Assembly: GCA_964515005.1 (NCBI GenBank)
Contig: CAZEVT010000004.1
Location: 4,302-68,301, forward strand
DNA from: an uncultured Gammaproteobacteria bacterium
GTDB lineage: Bacteria > Patescibacteriota > Microgenomatia > UBA10105 > UBA927
Length of the DNA: 64,000 nucleotides
Reading direction: 5' to 3'
Within the stretch, counting starts at the first letter, position 1, and each line of letters begins with the position of its first letter. Made by a program: the position numbers and the translations under genes. Positions 15,398 to 25,096 of this stretch are shown piece after piece. The notes under the pieces are model-generated. The model saw nothing but the letters and a program-made list of their open reading frames with translations. It was not told where the DNA came from and ran no database searches.

Positions 15398-16300
15398 ATG
15401 ACTACCGGTTCAACGTTAAAAATCCGCATAGCCGAGCTCAAAAAGAGATTCGATACGCTTAGGAGGGGCAAAGACGCGCTCCTTACCGTCCTTGATGAGG
15501 CTGAAGTGCCGGAAAGCGTCTATAACTCCAATGCCATAGAAAACTCTACCTTAACCCTGAAACAAACGGAGCAAATTCTTTTGGAGTTGGAAGTTTCCGG
15601 TCATATAACACTTCGTGAGGTATATGAAGCGAAAAATCTGGCACGAGTCATCGGATACACCCGTGAAAAAGCGAAAGAAAGCAATGTAACCATAGATGTC
15701 ATTCTATTTTTACATAAAATGCTGTTGTCCCATATCCATGAATCAATTGCGGGGAAATTTCGTACACTTGGGCAATACGTGCGCGTGGGCACATTTATAG
15801 CCCCGCCGCCTGAACACGTAGTGAAACTCATGGATGAGTTATGTATGGCATATGAAAATGACTTTAGCGGGTACTTTTTGGATAAAATTGCAATGTTCCA
15901 TCTTGGATTTGAAACGATTCATCCGTTTGTTGATGGGAACGGCAGAATCGGTCGGGAGATAATGAACTATCAATTACGTCGACTGGGATTTCCGCGGGTA
16001 ATCATACGGGATAAGGAAAAGCAAACGTATTACCGATCATTCATTGAGTACCGCGATTATAAACGTACCAAAACGATGGAACGTGTCGTTGCACTCGCAA
16101 TCATGGAGTCACTTCATAAGAGAATTGCGTATCTCGTTGGTGCAACGATTATTCCTTTGTCTGATGTGGTCCGGGATCAACATGCAGCGCCATCGGCTGT
16201 GTTTAACGCCGCAAAACGTCAGACGATCCCTGCGTTTCGGGAAAAAGGCGTATGGAAGATCGGGAAAGAAGAGATGGAGCGTAGTCAGAAACCCGTCTAA
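15398..16300 (+). CDS. Fic/Doc (Fido) family protein
   Basis: HPFVDGNGRIGR Fic motif. Confidence 0.9.
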   Translation: MTTGSTLKIRIAELKKRFDTLRRGKDALLTVLDEAEVPESVYNSNAIENSTLTLKQTEQILLELEVSGHITLREVYEAKNLARVIGYTREKAKESNVTIDVILFLHKMLLSHIHESIAGKFRTLGQYVRVGTFIAPPPEHVVKLMDELCMAYENDFSGYFLDKIAMFHLGFETIHPFVDGNGRIGREIMNYQLRRLGFPRVIIRDKEKQTYYRSFIEYRDYKRTKTMERVVALAIMESLHKRIAYLVGATIIPLSDVVRDQHAAPSAVFNAAKRQTIPAFREKGVWKIGKEEMERSQKPV

Positions 16301-16626
16301 GCTTTTTCTTTTGCAATCGTTTTCCAGTGGTAGAGATAGAGCGGGAGGCCTATAAGCACCATCGCGATTGCGCCGGAGAATTCCCGCTGGCGTTGCCGCT
16401 GCATTTCCATCTTTTGATCCTCAATCCATTTGGCGTCCAGCTTCGGGTCCACGGCTGTTTCCTTTGTCGGTTCAGCCATCCGCGGCTGGGTCATGTACTG
16501 ATCGGCGCCGCGAAACACATAGACTTTGATCCCCAGATCAGCGAGGCGAATAAGTCCGATGACGGTGATAAGAAGTCCGACGAAAGAAAAGAGGTACAGA
16601 TACAGGAGGCGTATATTGAACTTCAT
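16297..16626 (-). CDS. small two-TM membrane protein, hypothetical
   Basis: the ORF runs to 16695, but start MKFNIRLLYLYLF at 16626 is preferred; convergent with fic with a 4-nt overlap. Confidence 0.45.
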   Translation of the reverse strand: MKFNIRLLYLYLFSFVGLLITVIGLIRLADLGIKVYVFRGADQYMTQPRMAEPTKETAVDPKLDAKWIEDQKMEMQRQRQREFSGAIAMVLIGLPLYLYHWKTIAKEKA

Positions 16627-16756
16627 AGTCTTACTGTATCTGGTTTTTACTTCCAGGACAAGCGATATATTGAGTAGCACAACCCTGCTGGACATTATCG
16701 GCTCCTTCTGGTATATTGCCTGCTACTACAACCCCTGCCCGATATAAAAAGTATCT

Positions 16757-17305
16757 ATGAATAGCTGGATTGAAGAAGCAAGAACACGAGGAATACAAGA
16801 ATCCCGCGCCCGTTGGGATGAACACAAAGCCGTGGCAGCGGCAAAGGCAAAGTATCACGCAGAGACAGTTACTGAAGAGACGGTGATAAACTTTCTCGAT
16901 CAATTTCTTGAGCCGATGGCAATTGTGGCAAAGGATCTTGCCAGCCGCGGATATACGGTGGAGGATGAGGGGTACAAATACCTCATGGTAGGGCAACACG
17001 CCAGCGAACAGTATGCATTAATAGAGAACGTGAGAGAAAGAGACAGAGATGTCTATGGTAGGGCATTTGGTCGCGTGTGGACGGTTACCACTCCCGGGGG
17101 GAGCGTTTTAGATACCGTGTGTTTGTTCCCCATGATAAACGATGAGACGCATTTTGCAAAAGCATATTATGACTCGGTTTCCGCCGACGGTGTCACTATC
17201 GATTCTCCCGTGGATATGCAAAAAGCCGTTGCTGATTTACGCAGTATGATCGGGTCACGCATAACCACCTATTTTAGCGAACACCCTCCGGCTCTGAAGT
17301 CGTGA
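16757..17305 (+). CDS. hypothetical protein (182 aa)
   Basis: intact ORF. Confidence 0.5.
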   Translation: MNSWIEEARTRGIQESRARWDEHKAVAAAKAKYHAETVTEETVINFLDQFLEPMAIVAKDLASRGYTVEDEGYKYLMVGQHASEQYALIENVRERDRDVYGRAFGRVWTVTTPGGSVLDTVCLFPMINDETHFAKAYYDSVSADGVTIDSPVDMQKAVADLRSMIGSRITTYFSEHPPALKS

Positions 17306-17318
17306 GGTTGTCTAGGTT

Positions 17319-17765
17319 ATGGCAATCTACATCCACACATTCAATAAACCGGTGTTTGTAGCCAACTTCAATCCTGAAAAAATTGATTGGCAGCAGATAC
17401 TCCGGACGAATCCAAATTCCGAAATGTCTGTGCCGCCGAGGTGGAAGGATGATATAAGCTCGGATATAAGTGTGGGGCCACGTCGGTCTGTTCTTGTGAC
17501 GTTTGAGTCGATACGTAATCGAAATGACACGGTTGGTGAATTGGAAGTGTATCAGAAGCCGGCGGTAACAGTGCGATTAAAAAAAGAATCGGAGGCAAAA
17601 GAGCGCGAAATCCCGCTCCCAAGTATACGTATTGATGAATCTCACCCATTTGCGCCGGTGTATCAGCCTGGAAATGAAGGGGCGCTCATTTATCGGGTCG
17701 TCAAATATATGCCTTTTGCCGAGATCCGAGTAGAGGATCGAAGTCAAGTTTTAGCATACGCGTAA
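17319..17765 (+). CDS. hypothetical protein (148 aa)
   Basis: intact ORF 14 nt after the previous gene. Confidence 0.5.
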   Translation: MAIYIHTFNKPVFVANFNPEKIDWQQILRTNPNSEMSVPPRWKDDISSDISVGPRRSVLVTFESIRNRNDTVGELEVYQKPAVTVRLKKESEAKEREIPLPSIRIDESHPFAPVYQPGNEGALIYRVVKYMPFAEIRVEDRSQVLAYA

Positions 17766-17769
17766 TTTG

Positions 17770-17841
17770 TAGCGCGTAGGGGAGTCGAACCCCTCTTGCT
17801 AGATTGAGAATCTAACGTCCTAACCGATAGACGAACGCGCC
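17770..17841 (-). tRNA. tRNA-Glu (anticodon CUC)
   Basis: hand-folded from the reverse complement GGCGCGUUCGUCUAUCGGUUAGGACGUUAGAUUCUCAAUCUAGCAAGAGGGGUUCGACUCCCCUACGCGCUA. It has a 7-bp acceptor stem (G1-U72 wobble), a 3-bp D stem as in bacterial tRNA-Glu, the anticodon loop UUCUCAA, and a GGGGUUCGACUCCCC T-arm. No CCA is encoded. Confidence 0.75.
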
Positions 17842-17868
17842 ATTGAAGCTAATTTTATCAGTTTCTAC

Positions 17869-17898
17869 TTGACATAGCAATGTGAATTGCGATACAAT
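17869..17898 (+). promoter_or_regulatory. sigma70-like promoter upstream of greA
   Basis: TTGACA (17869-17874), 18-nt spacer, TACAAT (17893-17898). Confidence 0.5.
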
Positions 17899-17939
17899 TT
17901 ATTTACTTTACCAAGAGTAAAGTGAATTTATTCAGCTTG

Positions 17940-17978
17940 CTCCCTAAGATCCTATTCGGCCGTAGGGAGGTTTTTTTT
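17940..17978 (+). promoter_or_regulatory. leader hairpin plus U-tract in the greA 5' UTR (possible attenuator that sequesters the SD)
   Basis: CTCCCTA / TAGGGAG 7-bp stem, 16-nt loop, then T8. The 3' arm overlaps the GGGAGG Shine-Dalgarno. Confidence 0.45.
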
Positions 17979-17982
17979 GATT

Positions 17983-18450
17983 ATGGACCCAAACAGCAAA
18001 GTACTCCTTACCAAAGAAGGACTTGAAGAAATCAAACGGGAATACGACGAACTCGCCCGCGTAAAGCGGCCGGTGGCCGTCAAGCGCCTCGCGGATGCCC
18101 GCGAGCTCGGTGATTTATCCGAAAACAGCGAGTATGCCGCGGCAAAACAGGATTTGGCGTTCATGGACGGGCGCATCATAGAGCTTGAGGAAATCCTCCA
18201 CAGCGCCAAACTCATTTCCAAAAACCACACCAGAAGCATGGTCGATGTCGGCTGCAAAGTCACCCTCCACGTTGACGGCAAGAAAGAAGAGTTTACGCTC
18301 GTGGGCGAGTGGGAGGCAGACCCCAAAGAAAAGAAAATATCCCACGAATCTCCGCTTGGGAAGGCTCTCATGGGCAAAAAGGTCGGAGAAAAAGTGGAGG
18401 TTGAGGCTCCGGCGGGCCGCGTGCTCTATAAGATATTAACGATAGAATAA
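17983..18450 (+). CDS. greA: transcription elongation factor GreA
   Basis: MDPNSKVLLTKEGLEELKREYDEL... with GreA coiled-coil and FKBP-like C-terminal domain signatures. The ORF track starts at TTG 17977, but ATG 17983 is preferred. Confidence 0.9.
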   Translation: MDPNSKVLLTKEGLEEIKREYDELARVKRPVAVKRLADARELGDLSENSEYAAAKQDLAFMDGRIIELEEILHSAKLISKNHTRSMVDVGCKVTLHVDGKKEEFTLVGEWEADPKEKKISHESPLGKALMGKKVGEKVEVEAPAGRVLYKILTIE

Positions 18451-18468
18451 ACAACATTATATACACGA

Positions 18469-18493
18469 AACCCGCCACGAGGCGGGTTTTTTT
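18469..18493 (+). terminator. rho-independent terminator after greA
   Basis: AACCCGCC-ACGA-GGCGGGTTTTTTT. Confidence 0.8.
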
Positions 18494-18509
18494 GTGATAC
18501 TATTGACCT

Positions 18510-19970
18510 ATGGCGACGATTGATGATTTGAAAAAAATCCGGTTGGAAAAGCTCGAATCCCTTAAAAAACGCGGGATAGATCCGTATCCCGGAACGATAA
18601 CCCGCAAAGAAACTATTGCTAAAGCACGCAAGTTGACCGGTAAGAGTGTGGCTGTTGCCGGGCGCGTGATGGGCATGCGCGGGCATGGGAAAATTTTCTT
18701 TTTGGACCTGGTCGACGGAACCGGAAAGCTCCAGGTAGTTCTCAAGTCAGATGTCTGCGAAAAAAAATCATTTGCCATCACCGCTTTCATGGATCTTGGG
18801 GACTTTCTTGCCGTTCAGGGAGAGGTAGGGAAAACCCAGGCCGGCGAAGTGTCGGTATTCGGCAAGAGCTTTCAGATTATCGCGAAGGCCATTCGTCCCC
18901 TGCCCGGCGAGTGGAGCGGCCTGAAGGACATTGAGGAGCGGTACCGTCAACGGTATGTGGATCTCATCGCCAATCCCGACGTCCGCGATATATTCGTCAC
19001 CCGCAGTAAAGTCGTGACCTATCTCCGGAGTTTTTTGGATAGCGACGGATTTATTGAGGTGGATACGCCGGTTTTGCAGCCTGTTTACGGCGGGGCCTCT
19101 GCCAAGCCATTCAAAACGCACCATAATGCGCTGGACATGGATCTTTTTCTTCGGATTTCCGATGAATTGTATTTGAAGCGGCTCATCGTCGGAGGATTTG
19201 ACCGCGTGTATGAGATCGGGCGCGATTTTAGGAACGAAGGCATCGACCGCCAGCATAATCCGGAGTTTACGATGCTTGAGTTTTACTGGGCCTATGCCGA
19301 CTACGAGGATCTCATGAAATACACGGAAACCATGCTCGCCAGCTTGGTCAAAGAGCTCAAAGGTTCGTACAAGTTTGAGTATCAGGGAGTAGAACTTAAT
19401 TTCACGCCGCCGTGGCCGAGGAAAACATATCGGGACGTGGTCATGCATTACTCCGGTATCGACATAAATAAAGCCAGCGATGAAAAGAAGCTCCTTGCTG
19501 CCATTCGTGCCAAGAAAATTAAGCTGGATTTGACCGGCGTCGTTGGGTTCGGCGCGCTTTTAGATACATTATACAAAGCAACCGCCAGGCCCCATCTTAT
19601 GGGACCTATGTATTTGACTGACCGGCCGACGGCATTTGTTGCCCTTGCCAAACGGACGCCCAAAGACCCCACGAAAACGTCCTCGTTCCAACTTCTGGTT
19701 GCCAGCCGCGAACTCATCAACGCCTACAATGAGCTCAATGACCCCATGGATCAGGCTGCGCGCTGGCGGGAGTCGGAAAAGCTCGGGAAAAAAGGACAGA
19801 CAGAACACGAGGCGTTTGATGACGACTATATCCGTGCCCTTGAGTACGGTATGCCCCCGACCGCCGGGTGGGGACTCGGGATTGACAGACTCGTATCCAT
19901 TCTCACTGACCAGCCAAATATCAAAGACGTCATTCTTTTCCCGACTTTACGACCCGAACATAATGAATAA
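18510..19970 (+). CDS. lysS: lysine--tRNA ligase (class II)
   Basis: class II motifs including FRNEGIDRQHNPEFTMLEFY and the C-terminal GIDRLV. Confidence 0.95.
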   Translation: MATIDDLKKIRLEKLESLKKRGIDPYPGTITRKETIAKARKLTGKSVAVAGRVMGMRGHGKIFFLDLVDGTGKLQVVLKSDVCEKKSFAITAFMDLGDFLAVQGEVGKTQAGEVSVFGKSFQIIAKAIRPLPGEWSGLKDIEERYRQRYVDLIANPDVRDIFVTRSKVVTYLRSFLDSDGFIEVDTPVLQPVYGGASAKPFKTHHNALDMDLFLRISDELYLKRLIVGGFDRVYEIGRDFRNEGIDRQHNPEFTMLEFYWAYADYEDLMKYTETMLASLVKELKGSYKFEYQGVELNFTPPWPRKTYRDVVMHYSGIDINKASDEKKLLAAIRAKKIKLDLTGVVGFGALLDTLYKATARPHLMGPMYLTDRPTAFVALAKRTPKDPTKTSSFQLLVASRELINAYNELNDPMDQAARWRESEKLGKKGQTEHEAFDDDYIRALEYGMPPTAGWGLGIDRLVSILTDQPNIKDVILFPTLRPEHNE

Positions 19971-20577
19971 GCTCCTTATCGCCACGACCAATCCCGGGAA
20001 ATTAACAGAGATAAAACGCTTTCTTTCGGATGTTCCTGTTGAGCTTGTGGGCCTCAAGGATGTGGGTATTACCGATTCCCCCGAAGAAACAGGAATTAGT
20101 TTTGAGGAGAATGCGATCCTCAAAGCAAAACACTATGCCAAGGAATCCGGGCTCCCCACGCTTGCCGACGACGGGGGTCTGGAGATTGATGCACTAAACG
20201 GCGAGCCCGGGGTGAAGTCGCACCGGTGGATCCACTCCGACCGGGAAGACACGGATGAAGAGCTCATCCAGTACACGCTGGACCGGATGAAGGATGTGCC
20301 GGATGATAAGCGCGGGGCGCAGCTCCGGCTCGTGCTGGCGCTGGTCATGCCCGACGCTGAAGTGTTTACGTCAGAGGAAAAAATTCGTGGGATTATTCCC
20401 CAAAAGCCCTCGGACGCCCGGCACGAAGGGTTTCCGTATCGGTCGCTCCTGTTTCTTCCGGAGATCAACAAGTTCTACAATCACGATGAATTGACCGCAA
20501 CCGAAAACGAAACGTATAATCATAGGAAGAAGGCTCTCGACATTCTCAAGCCAATTATTCAAAAGAAATTATGTTAG
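19963..20577 (+). CDS. rdgB: non-canonical purine NTP pyrophosphatase (RdgB/Ham1 family)
   Basis: MNKLLIATTNPGKLTEIKRFL N-terminus; 8-nt overlap with lysS (ATGAATAA). The ORF track extends upstream in the same frame, but the internal ATG is preferred. Confidence 0.85.
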   Translation: MNKLLIATTNPGKLTEIKRFLSDVPVELVGLKDVGITDSPEETGISFEENAILKAKHYAKESGLPTLADDGGLEIDALNGEPGVKSHRWIHSDREDTDEELIQYTLDRMKDVPDDKRGAQLRLVLALVMPDAEVFTSEEKIRGIIPQKPSDARHEGFPYRSLLFLPEINKFYNHDELTATENETYNHRKKALDILKPIIQKKLC

Positions 20578-21839
20578 ACATTAAATTTATCAGAGACAAT
20601 TTGGATCTGTGTAAAACAGCGGCAAAAAATAAAAATCGGGATGTGGATTGGGACGGACTCTTAACGCTTGACGATAAGCGGCGTGAACTTATCGGTGCCT
20701 CTGAAAAACTTCGTGAAGAACGGAATAAGCTTGGAGACAATCGTGAGCGAGGAACAACATTAAAACAAGAATTAAAAACGGTCGAGGAAGAGCTTAGAGA
20801 TGTCGAGGAGAAGTTTAATTTGCTGATGTTTACGGTTCCCAACGTGCCGGACAAAAGTGTGCCGGTAGGGAAGGATGCCAGCGGAAACGTGGAAGTAAAA
20901 AAGTGGGGGAAAGTTCCGAAGTTTGGTTTCGAGCCGAAAGACCATATCGAGCTTGCGAAATCCCTTGACCTTATCGACTTTGAACGCGGCGCCAAGGTCG
21001 GCGGATCCAGGGCGTACTTCCTCAAGAACGAAGCGGCGCAGCTGGAGTTTGCCGTCCTTTTCTATACGTTCAACAAATTGATTCAAAAAGGATATACGCC
21101 AATGATTGCCCCAAGCTTGGTTCGTGAATTTACCTTGTTTGGAGTTGGACAGTTTCCGTGGGGACGGGAAGAAGTATATCATCTCGAAAAGGATGATCAA
21201 TATCTTGCGGGTACTGCGGAGCAAACGGTGACCGCCTATTATAGTGATGAAGTGTTAAAAGAAGAGGATTTGCCCAAAAAATTCGTGGCATTTTCGCCCT
21301 GTTTCCGCCGCGAGGCAGGAAGCTACGGCAAGGATACGAGAGGGGTCTATAGATTGCACCAATTCAACAAAGTTGAACAAGTAATTATCTCAACTAATGA
21401 TATGAACACTTCCCTTACTCTACATGAAGAGTTATTGGCCAACGCAGAGGAAATTCTGCAGGATCTGGAGTTGCCGTACCGGGTGATGCTTATGTGCACC
21501 GGGGATATGGGTGAGCCTCAGGTGAAAAAATATGATATCGAGACCTGGATGGCTGGTCGGCCTTCGGCCGACGGGAAAACAAAAGGCGAATATGGGGAGA
21601 CCATGTCCAATTCGGTGATGGGCGACTTCCAGGCCAGGAGACTGAAGATCCGCTACAAAACCAAAGACGGCAAAACCATGTTTGTTCACACGCTCAACAA
21701 CACCGCGATCGCCTCGCCCAGAATTCTTATTGCGATACTGGAAAATAACCAGCAAAAGGATGGCTCGATCACTATCCCCAAGGTTCTCCAATCCTATGTG
21801 GGTAAAAAAATTATTTCCCGAGACGATCGCCAGGTTTAG
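20571..21839 (+). CDS. serS: serine--tRNA ligase
   Basis: N-terminal coiled-coil arm, class II core, 422 aa; 7-nt overlap with rdgB. Confidence 0.95.
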   Translation: MLDIKFIRDNLDLCKTAAKNKNRDVDWDGLLTLDDKRRELIGASEKLREERNKLGDNRERGTTLKQELKTVEEELRDVEEKFNLLMFTVPNVPDKSVPVGKDASGNVEVKKWGKVPKFGFEPKDHIELAKSLDLIDFERGAKVGGSRAYFLKNEAAQLEFAVLFYTFNKLIQKGYTPMIAPSLVREFTLFGVGQFPWGREEVYHLEKDDQYLAGTAEQTVTAYYSDEVLKEEDLPKKFVAFSPCFRREAGSYGKDTRGVYRLHQFNKVEQVIISTNDMNTSLTLHEELLANAEEILQDLELPYRVMLMCTGDMGEPQVKKYDIETWMAGRPSADGKTKGEYGETMSNSVMGDFQARRLKIRYKTKDGKTMFVHTLNNTAIASPRILIAILENNQQKDGSITIPKVLQSYVGKKIISRDDRQV

Positions 21840-22434
21840 CACAAAATATAATCACGATATTCGTGTCGTGAAAGAGCGGGGAACACACAAGCTTCTGGTT
21901 AACGGGTCGCGCCAGTCGGGTGAATACATCGAGAGGCTTTGGCAGCACGCGTTTTCGGAATTCGGCATTATTCCAGCTCCCGGCATCCGTTCCATTTTGG
22001 TTTTGGGAGTCGCCGGCGGCACGGTGATCCATCTTCTTCGTGCGATCTACCCTGACGCATCGATTCACGGCGTGGATATTGATGCAAAGATGATTGAAAT
22101 AGGAAAAAAACATTTCGGGCTTGGGTACGTACCGAAGCTCACCATGGTTACTTCAGATGCAAATCTCTTTGTGAAAACACAGAAACGCCAGTGGGACATG
22201 ATCGTCGTGGATCTTTTTGTCGGCGCGACTATACCACCTTTTGTTGGAGATGATGCGTTTTTGAAAGACATAAAACGCCTGCTGGTGCCGCACGGAAAGC
22301 TCGTCATCAATTATCTCTACGAGCTTGAATACAAAAAACTGTCGGATTTGTTCTTTGTAAAACTGCAAAGCAATTTTCCCCACGTCCGGGATGTGAAGAT
22401 TTATTACAATCGATTCTTCTTCGTGGTAAAATAG
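21796..22434 (+). CDS. spermidine-synthase-like (PABS fold) methyltransferase-type protein
   Basis: ILVLGVAGGTVIHLL...IHGVDIDAKMIEIGKKHF...MIVVDLF. Start is uncertain: ATG 21796 overlaps serS by 44 nt; GTG 21869 is an alternative. Confidence 0.6.
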   Translation: MWVKKLFPETIARFSTKYNHDIRVVKERGTHKLLVNGSRQSGEYIERLWQHAFSEFGIIPAPGIRSILVLGVAGGTVIHLLRAIYPDASIHGVDIDAKMIEIGKKHFGLGYVPKLTMVTSDANLFVKTQKRQWDMIVVDLFVGATIPPFVGDDAFLKDIKRLLVPHGKLVINYLYELEYKKLSDLFFVKLQSNFPHVRDVKIYYNRFFFVVK

Positions 22435-22438
22435 GCAC

Positions 22439-25096
22439 ATGTTAAAGTTTCTGGGAAAGCTTCTTGATAGCAACGAAAAGGAAATCACGAGGTACAGAAA
22501 AATCGTTGAGGTCGTGAGCAGCCACGAGCCCGAAATGAAGAAGTTGAAAGACGCGGGATTTGTCAAAAAGACCGCTGAATTCAAAGAACGGCTGGCGACT
22601 GGCCAAACCCTCGATGACCTCCTCCCCGAGGCGTTTGCTTTGGTTCGTGAGGCCGCGCACCGGGCCATAGGACAGCGCCACTTTGATGTGCAGATGATTG
22701 CGGCGCTCACTCTCCACAATGGCAAGGTCGCGGAGCAAAAGACCGGAGAAGGAAAAACGCTTTCCGCAATTCCGGCTTTGTATTTGAATGCCTTAACCGG
22801 CCGCGGCGTGCACTTGGTGACGGTCAATGACTACCTGGCTCGCCGGGACGCAGGTTGGATGGGACCCATTTTTCACTTACTAGGGCTTTCCGTGTCCGCG
22901 ATGATCAGCGATCAGTCATTCCTCTATGATCCCACTCACACGGATCCGTCGGCCACTGACGGAAGACTCAGGCACCTTCGGCCGATTACCCGTAAAGAAG
23001 CGTATGGCGCTGATGTTGCGTACGGCATAAACAGCGAATACGGGTTTGACTATCTTCGCGACAACATGGTGTCTGATATTTCCCAGGTGGTGCAAAGGGA
23101 GTATCACTATGCGGTCGTTGATGAAGTAGATTCTGTTTTGATCGATGAGGCGAGAACTCCCCACATCATATCCGCCCCCGACACCGAGGCGACGCACGCA
23201 TATTACGACTATGCCAAAATGGTCGATAAATTAAACGGTGACACGGACTTCGTCATCGATGAAAAACTCCGAACCGCACATCTTACCGATCACGGCATTC
23301 TCAAGGTCGAAAAAATGCTCGGGATCGCGAATATCTACGAAAAGGATTTTGAAACCGTCCACCATATAGAGGCGGCGCTGAAAGCACGAACGCTTTTTAA
23401 ACGGGAAAAAGACTATATCGTCAAGGACAATCAGGTGATTATTGTTGACGAGTTTACCGGCCGTCTCTTAATTGGCCGCAGGTTTTCCGAGGGTATTCAT
23501 CAGGCTATAGAGGCAAAAGAAAATGTCCCGATCCAGCAGGAGAGTAAGACGCTGGCGACCGTGTCGCTTCAGAACTACTTCCGTATGTACCAGAAGCTCG
23601 CTGGCATGACGGGAACCGCGTCAACCGAGGCGGAAGAGTTCCATAAAATCTATGCTCTGGATGTCGTGGTCATTCCTACTCATAGAAACATGATACGCCG
23701 CGACTATGCCGACAGCGTCTACAAAACGCCCCGAGCCAAATATGCCGCTATTGCCGCAGACATCATGGAAAACCACAAGCGCGGCCAACCGGTCTTGGTG
23801 GGAACGACATCGATTGAGAAAAATGAAATCATCAGCGAGTACCTGAAGCGGAAAGGTGTGCCGCACCAGGTGTTGAATGCCAAAAACCACTTAAAAGAAG
23901 CCATGATCATCGCAGACGCCGGCCGCAAAGGCGCGGTGACGGTCGCCACCAACATGGCCGGGCGGGGCGTGGATATTATTTTAGGAGGCCAGACGCCGGA
24001 GTCAGGAGAAACCAAAGAGTGGAAAAAATCCCATGACGATGTCGTTGCCCTCGGCGGGCTTCATGTCATCGGCACCGAGCGGCATGAGTCGCGGCGGATT
24101 GATAATCAACTTCGTGGTCGCTCCGGGCGGCAGGGAGACCCCGGGACCAGCCGTTTTTACGTGTCGCTTGAGGATGACATCATGAGACTTTTCGGCGGCG
24201 ATCAGGTGGCGCGACTCATGAGCATATTTAAGCTTCCCGAGGATGTGCCTTTGGAACATGCGATGGTATCCCGTGCCATCGAACAGGCGCAGGTGAAAGT
24301 GGAGGGATTCCATTTTGACAGCCGCAAGCATCTGGTGGAATACGATGATGTTCTCAATAAGCAGCGGGAAATCGTCTATCGGAAACGCCGGAAAATTCTC
24401 GAGGGAGAAAGTCAGAAAGACACGATTCTTGCAAATGTCTCGTCTGATATTACCAATGTCGTTGCTATGTATACCGGGGAGAAAGGCGCAGATATAGACC
24501 GCACCAAAGTAATCACGGAGTTTGTCTCTATCATTCCGTTTGACCCCCCGTCGCAGGAACAACTGGGCAAACAGCTTGAACAGGCCCATACTGCCCCCGA
24601 CGTGACGCAGTTTCTGACCTCAGTTGCGAGTGATATGTATGAGAACCGTGAAAAACAAATGAGCCCCGAGCTTATGCGGCAGGTGGAACGGTGGGTGAGT
24701 TTGCAGGTTATAGATAATTACTGGATGGATCACCTGGACGCGATTGATGATTTGCGCGAGGGTATAGGACTTCGGGGCTACGGACAGCGGGATCCGCTCG
24801 TCGAGTACAAAAACGAGGCGTTCAACATGTTTGAGCGGCTGGTTTCGGGCATCGACACTGAAATTGTCCACAGAATATACAAGGTACAGGTGGCGACGCA
24901 AAATCCTACGGCCCCGACGAATGAAAAACTAGAAACGCCGATAACCCAGGCGGCAAAACATATTCATACTAATATGAGTGAACAAGTGGTTGCCCAACCG
25001 GTGGTCAATTCCGCCAAAAAAATCGGCCGCAACGACCCCTGCTGGTGTGGGAGCGGCAAGAAATGGAAGCGCTGTCACTATCCCGCGTTAGGCTGA
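22439..25096 (+). CDS. secA: preprotein translocase ATPase SecA
   Basis: DEAD-like motor motifs; C-terminal zinc-binding CWCGSGKKWKRCH. Confidence 0.95.
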   Translation: MLKFLGKLLDSNEKEITRYRKIVEVVSSHEPEMKKLKDAGFVKKTAEFKERLATGQTLDDLLPEAFALVREAAHRAIGQRHFDVQMIAALTLHNGKVAEQKTGEGKTLSAIPALYLNALTGRGVHLVTVNDYLARRDAGWMGPIFHLLGLSVSAMISDQSFLYDPTHTDPSATDGRLRHLRPITRKEAYGADVAYGINSEYGFDYLRDNMVSDISQVVQREYHYAVVDEVDSVLIDEARTPHIISAPDTEATHAYYDYAKMVDKLNGDTDFVIDEKLRTAHLTDHGILKVEKMLGIANIYEKDFETVHHIEAALKARTLFKREKDYIVKDNQVIIVDEFTGRLLIGRRFSEGIHQAIEAKENVPIQQESKTLATVSLQNYFRMYQKLAGMTGTASTEAEEFHKIYALDVVVIPTHRNMIRRDYADSVYKTPRAKYAAIAADIMENHKRGQPVLVGTTSIEKNEIISEYLKRKGVPHQVLNAKNHLKEAMIIADAGRKGAVTVATNMAGRGVDIILGGQTPESGETKEWKKSHDDVVALGGLHVIGTERHESRRIDNQLRGRSGRQGDPGTSRFYVSLEDDIMRLFGGDQVARLMSIFKLPEDVPLEHAMVSRAIEQAQVKVEGFHFDSRKHLVEYDDVLNKQREIVYRKRRKILEGESQKDTILANVSSDITNVVAMYTGEKGADIDRTKVITEFVSIIPFDPPSQEQLGKQLEQAHTAPDVTQFLTSVASDMYENREKQMSPELMRQVERWVSLQVIDNYWMDHLDAIDDLREGIGLRGYGQRDPLVEYKNEAFNMFERLVSGIDTEIVHRIYKVQVATQNPTAPTNEKLETPITQAAKHIHTNMSEQVVAQPVVNSAKKIGRNDPCWCGSGKKWKRCHYPALG

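Noticed and set aside
16327-16677. 116-aa + strand ORF overlapping the minus-strand membrane gene
   Set aside because: Its translation is compositionally odd (HHRDCAGEFPLALPLHFHLLIL...), while the opposite-strand ORF has clean TM helices.
22442-24589. Multiple internal and antisense ORFs of 60-200 aa within secA, lysS, serS and the YfhO genes
   Set aside because: They are fully nested in well-supported conserved genes, as is typical of six-frame noise in GC-moderate DNA.
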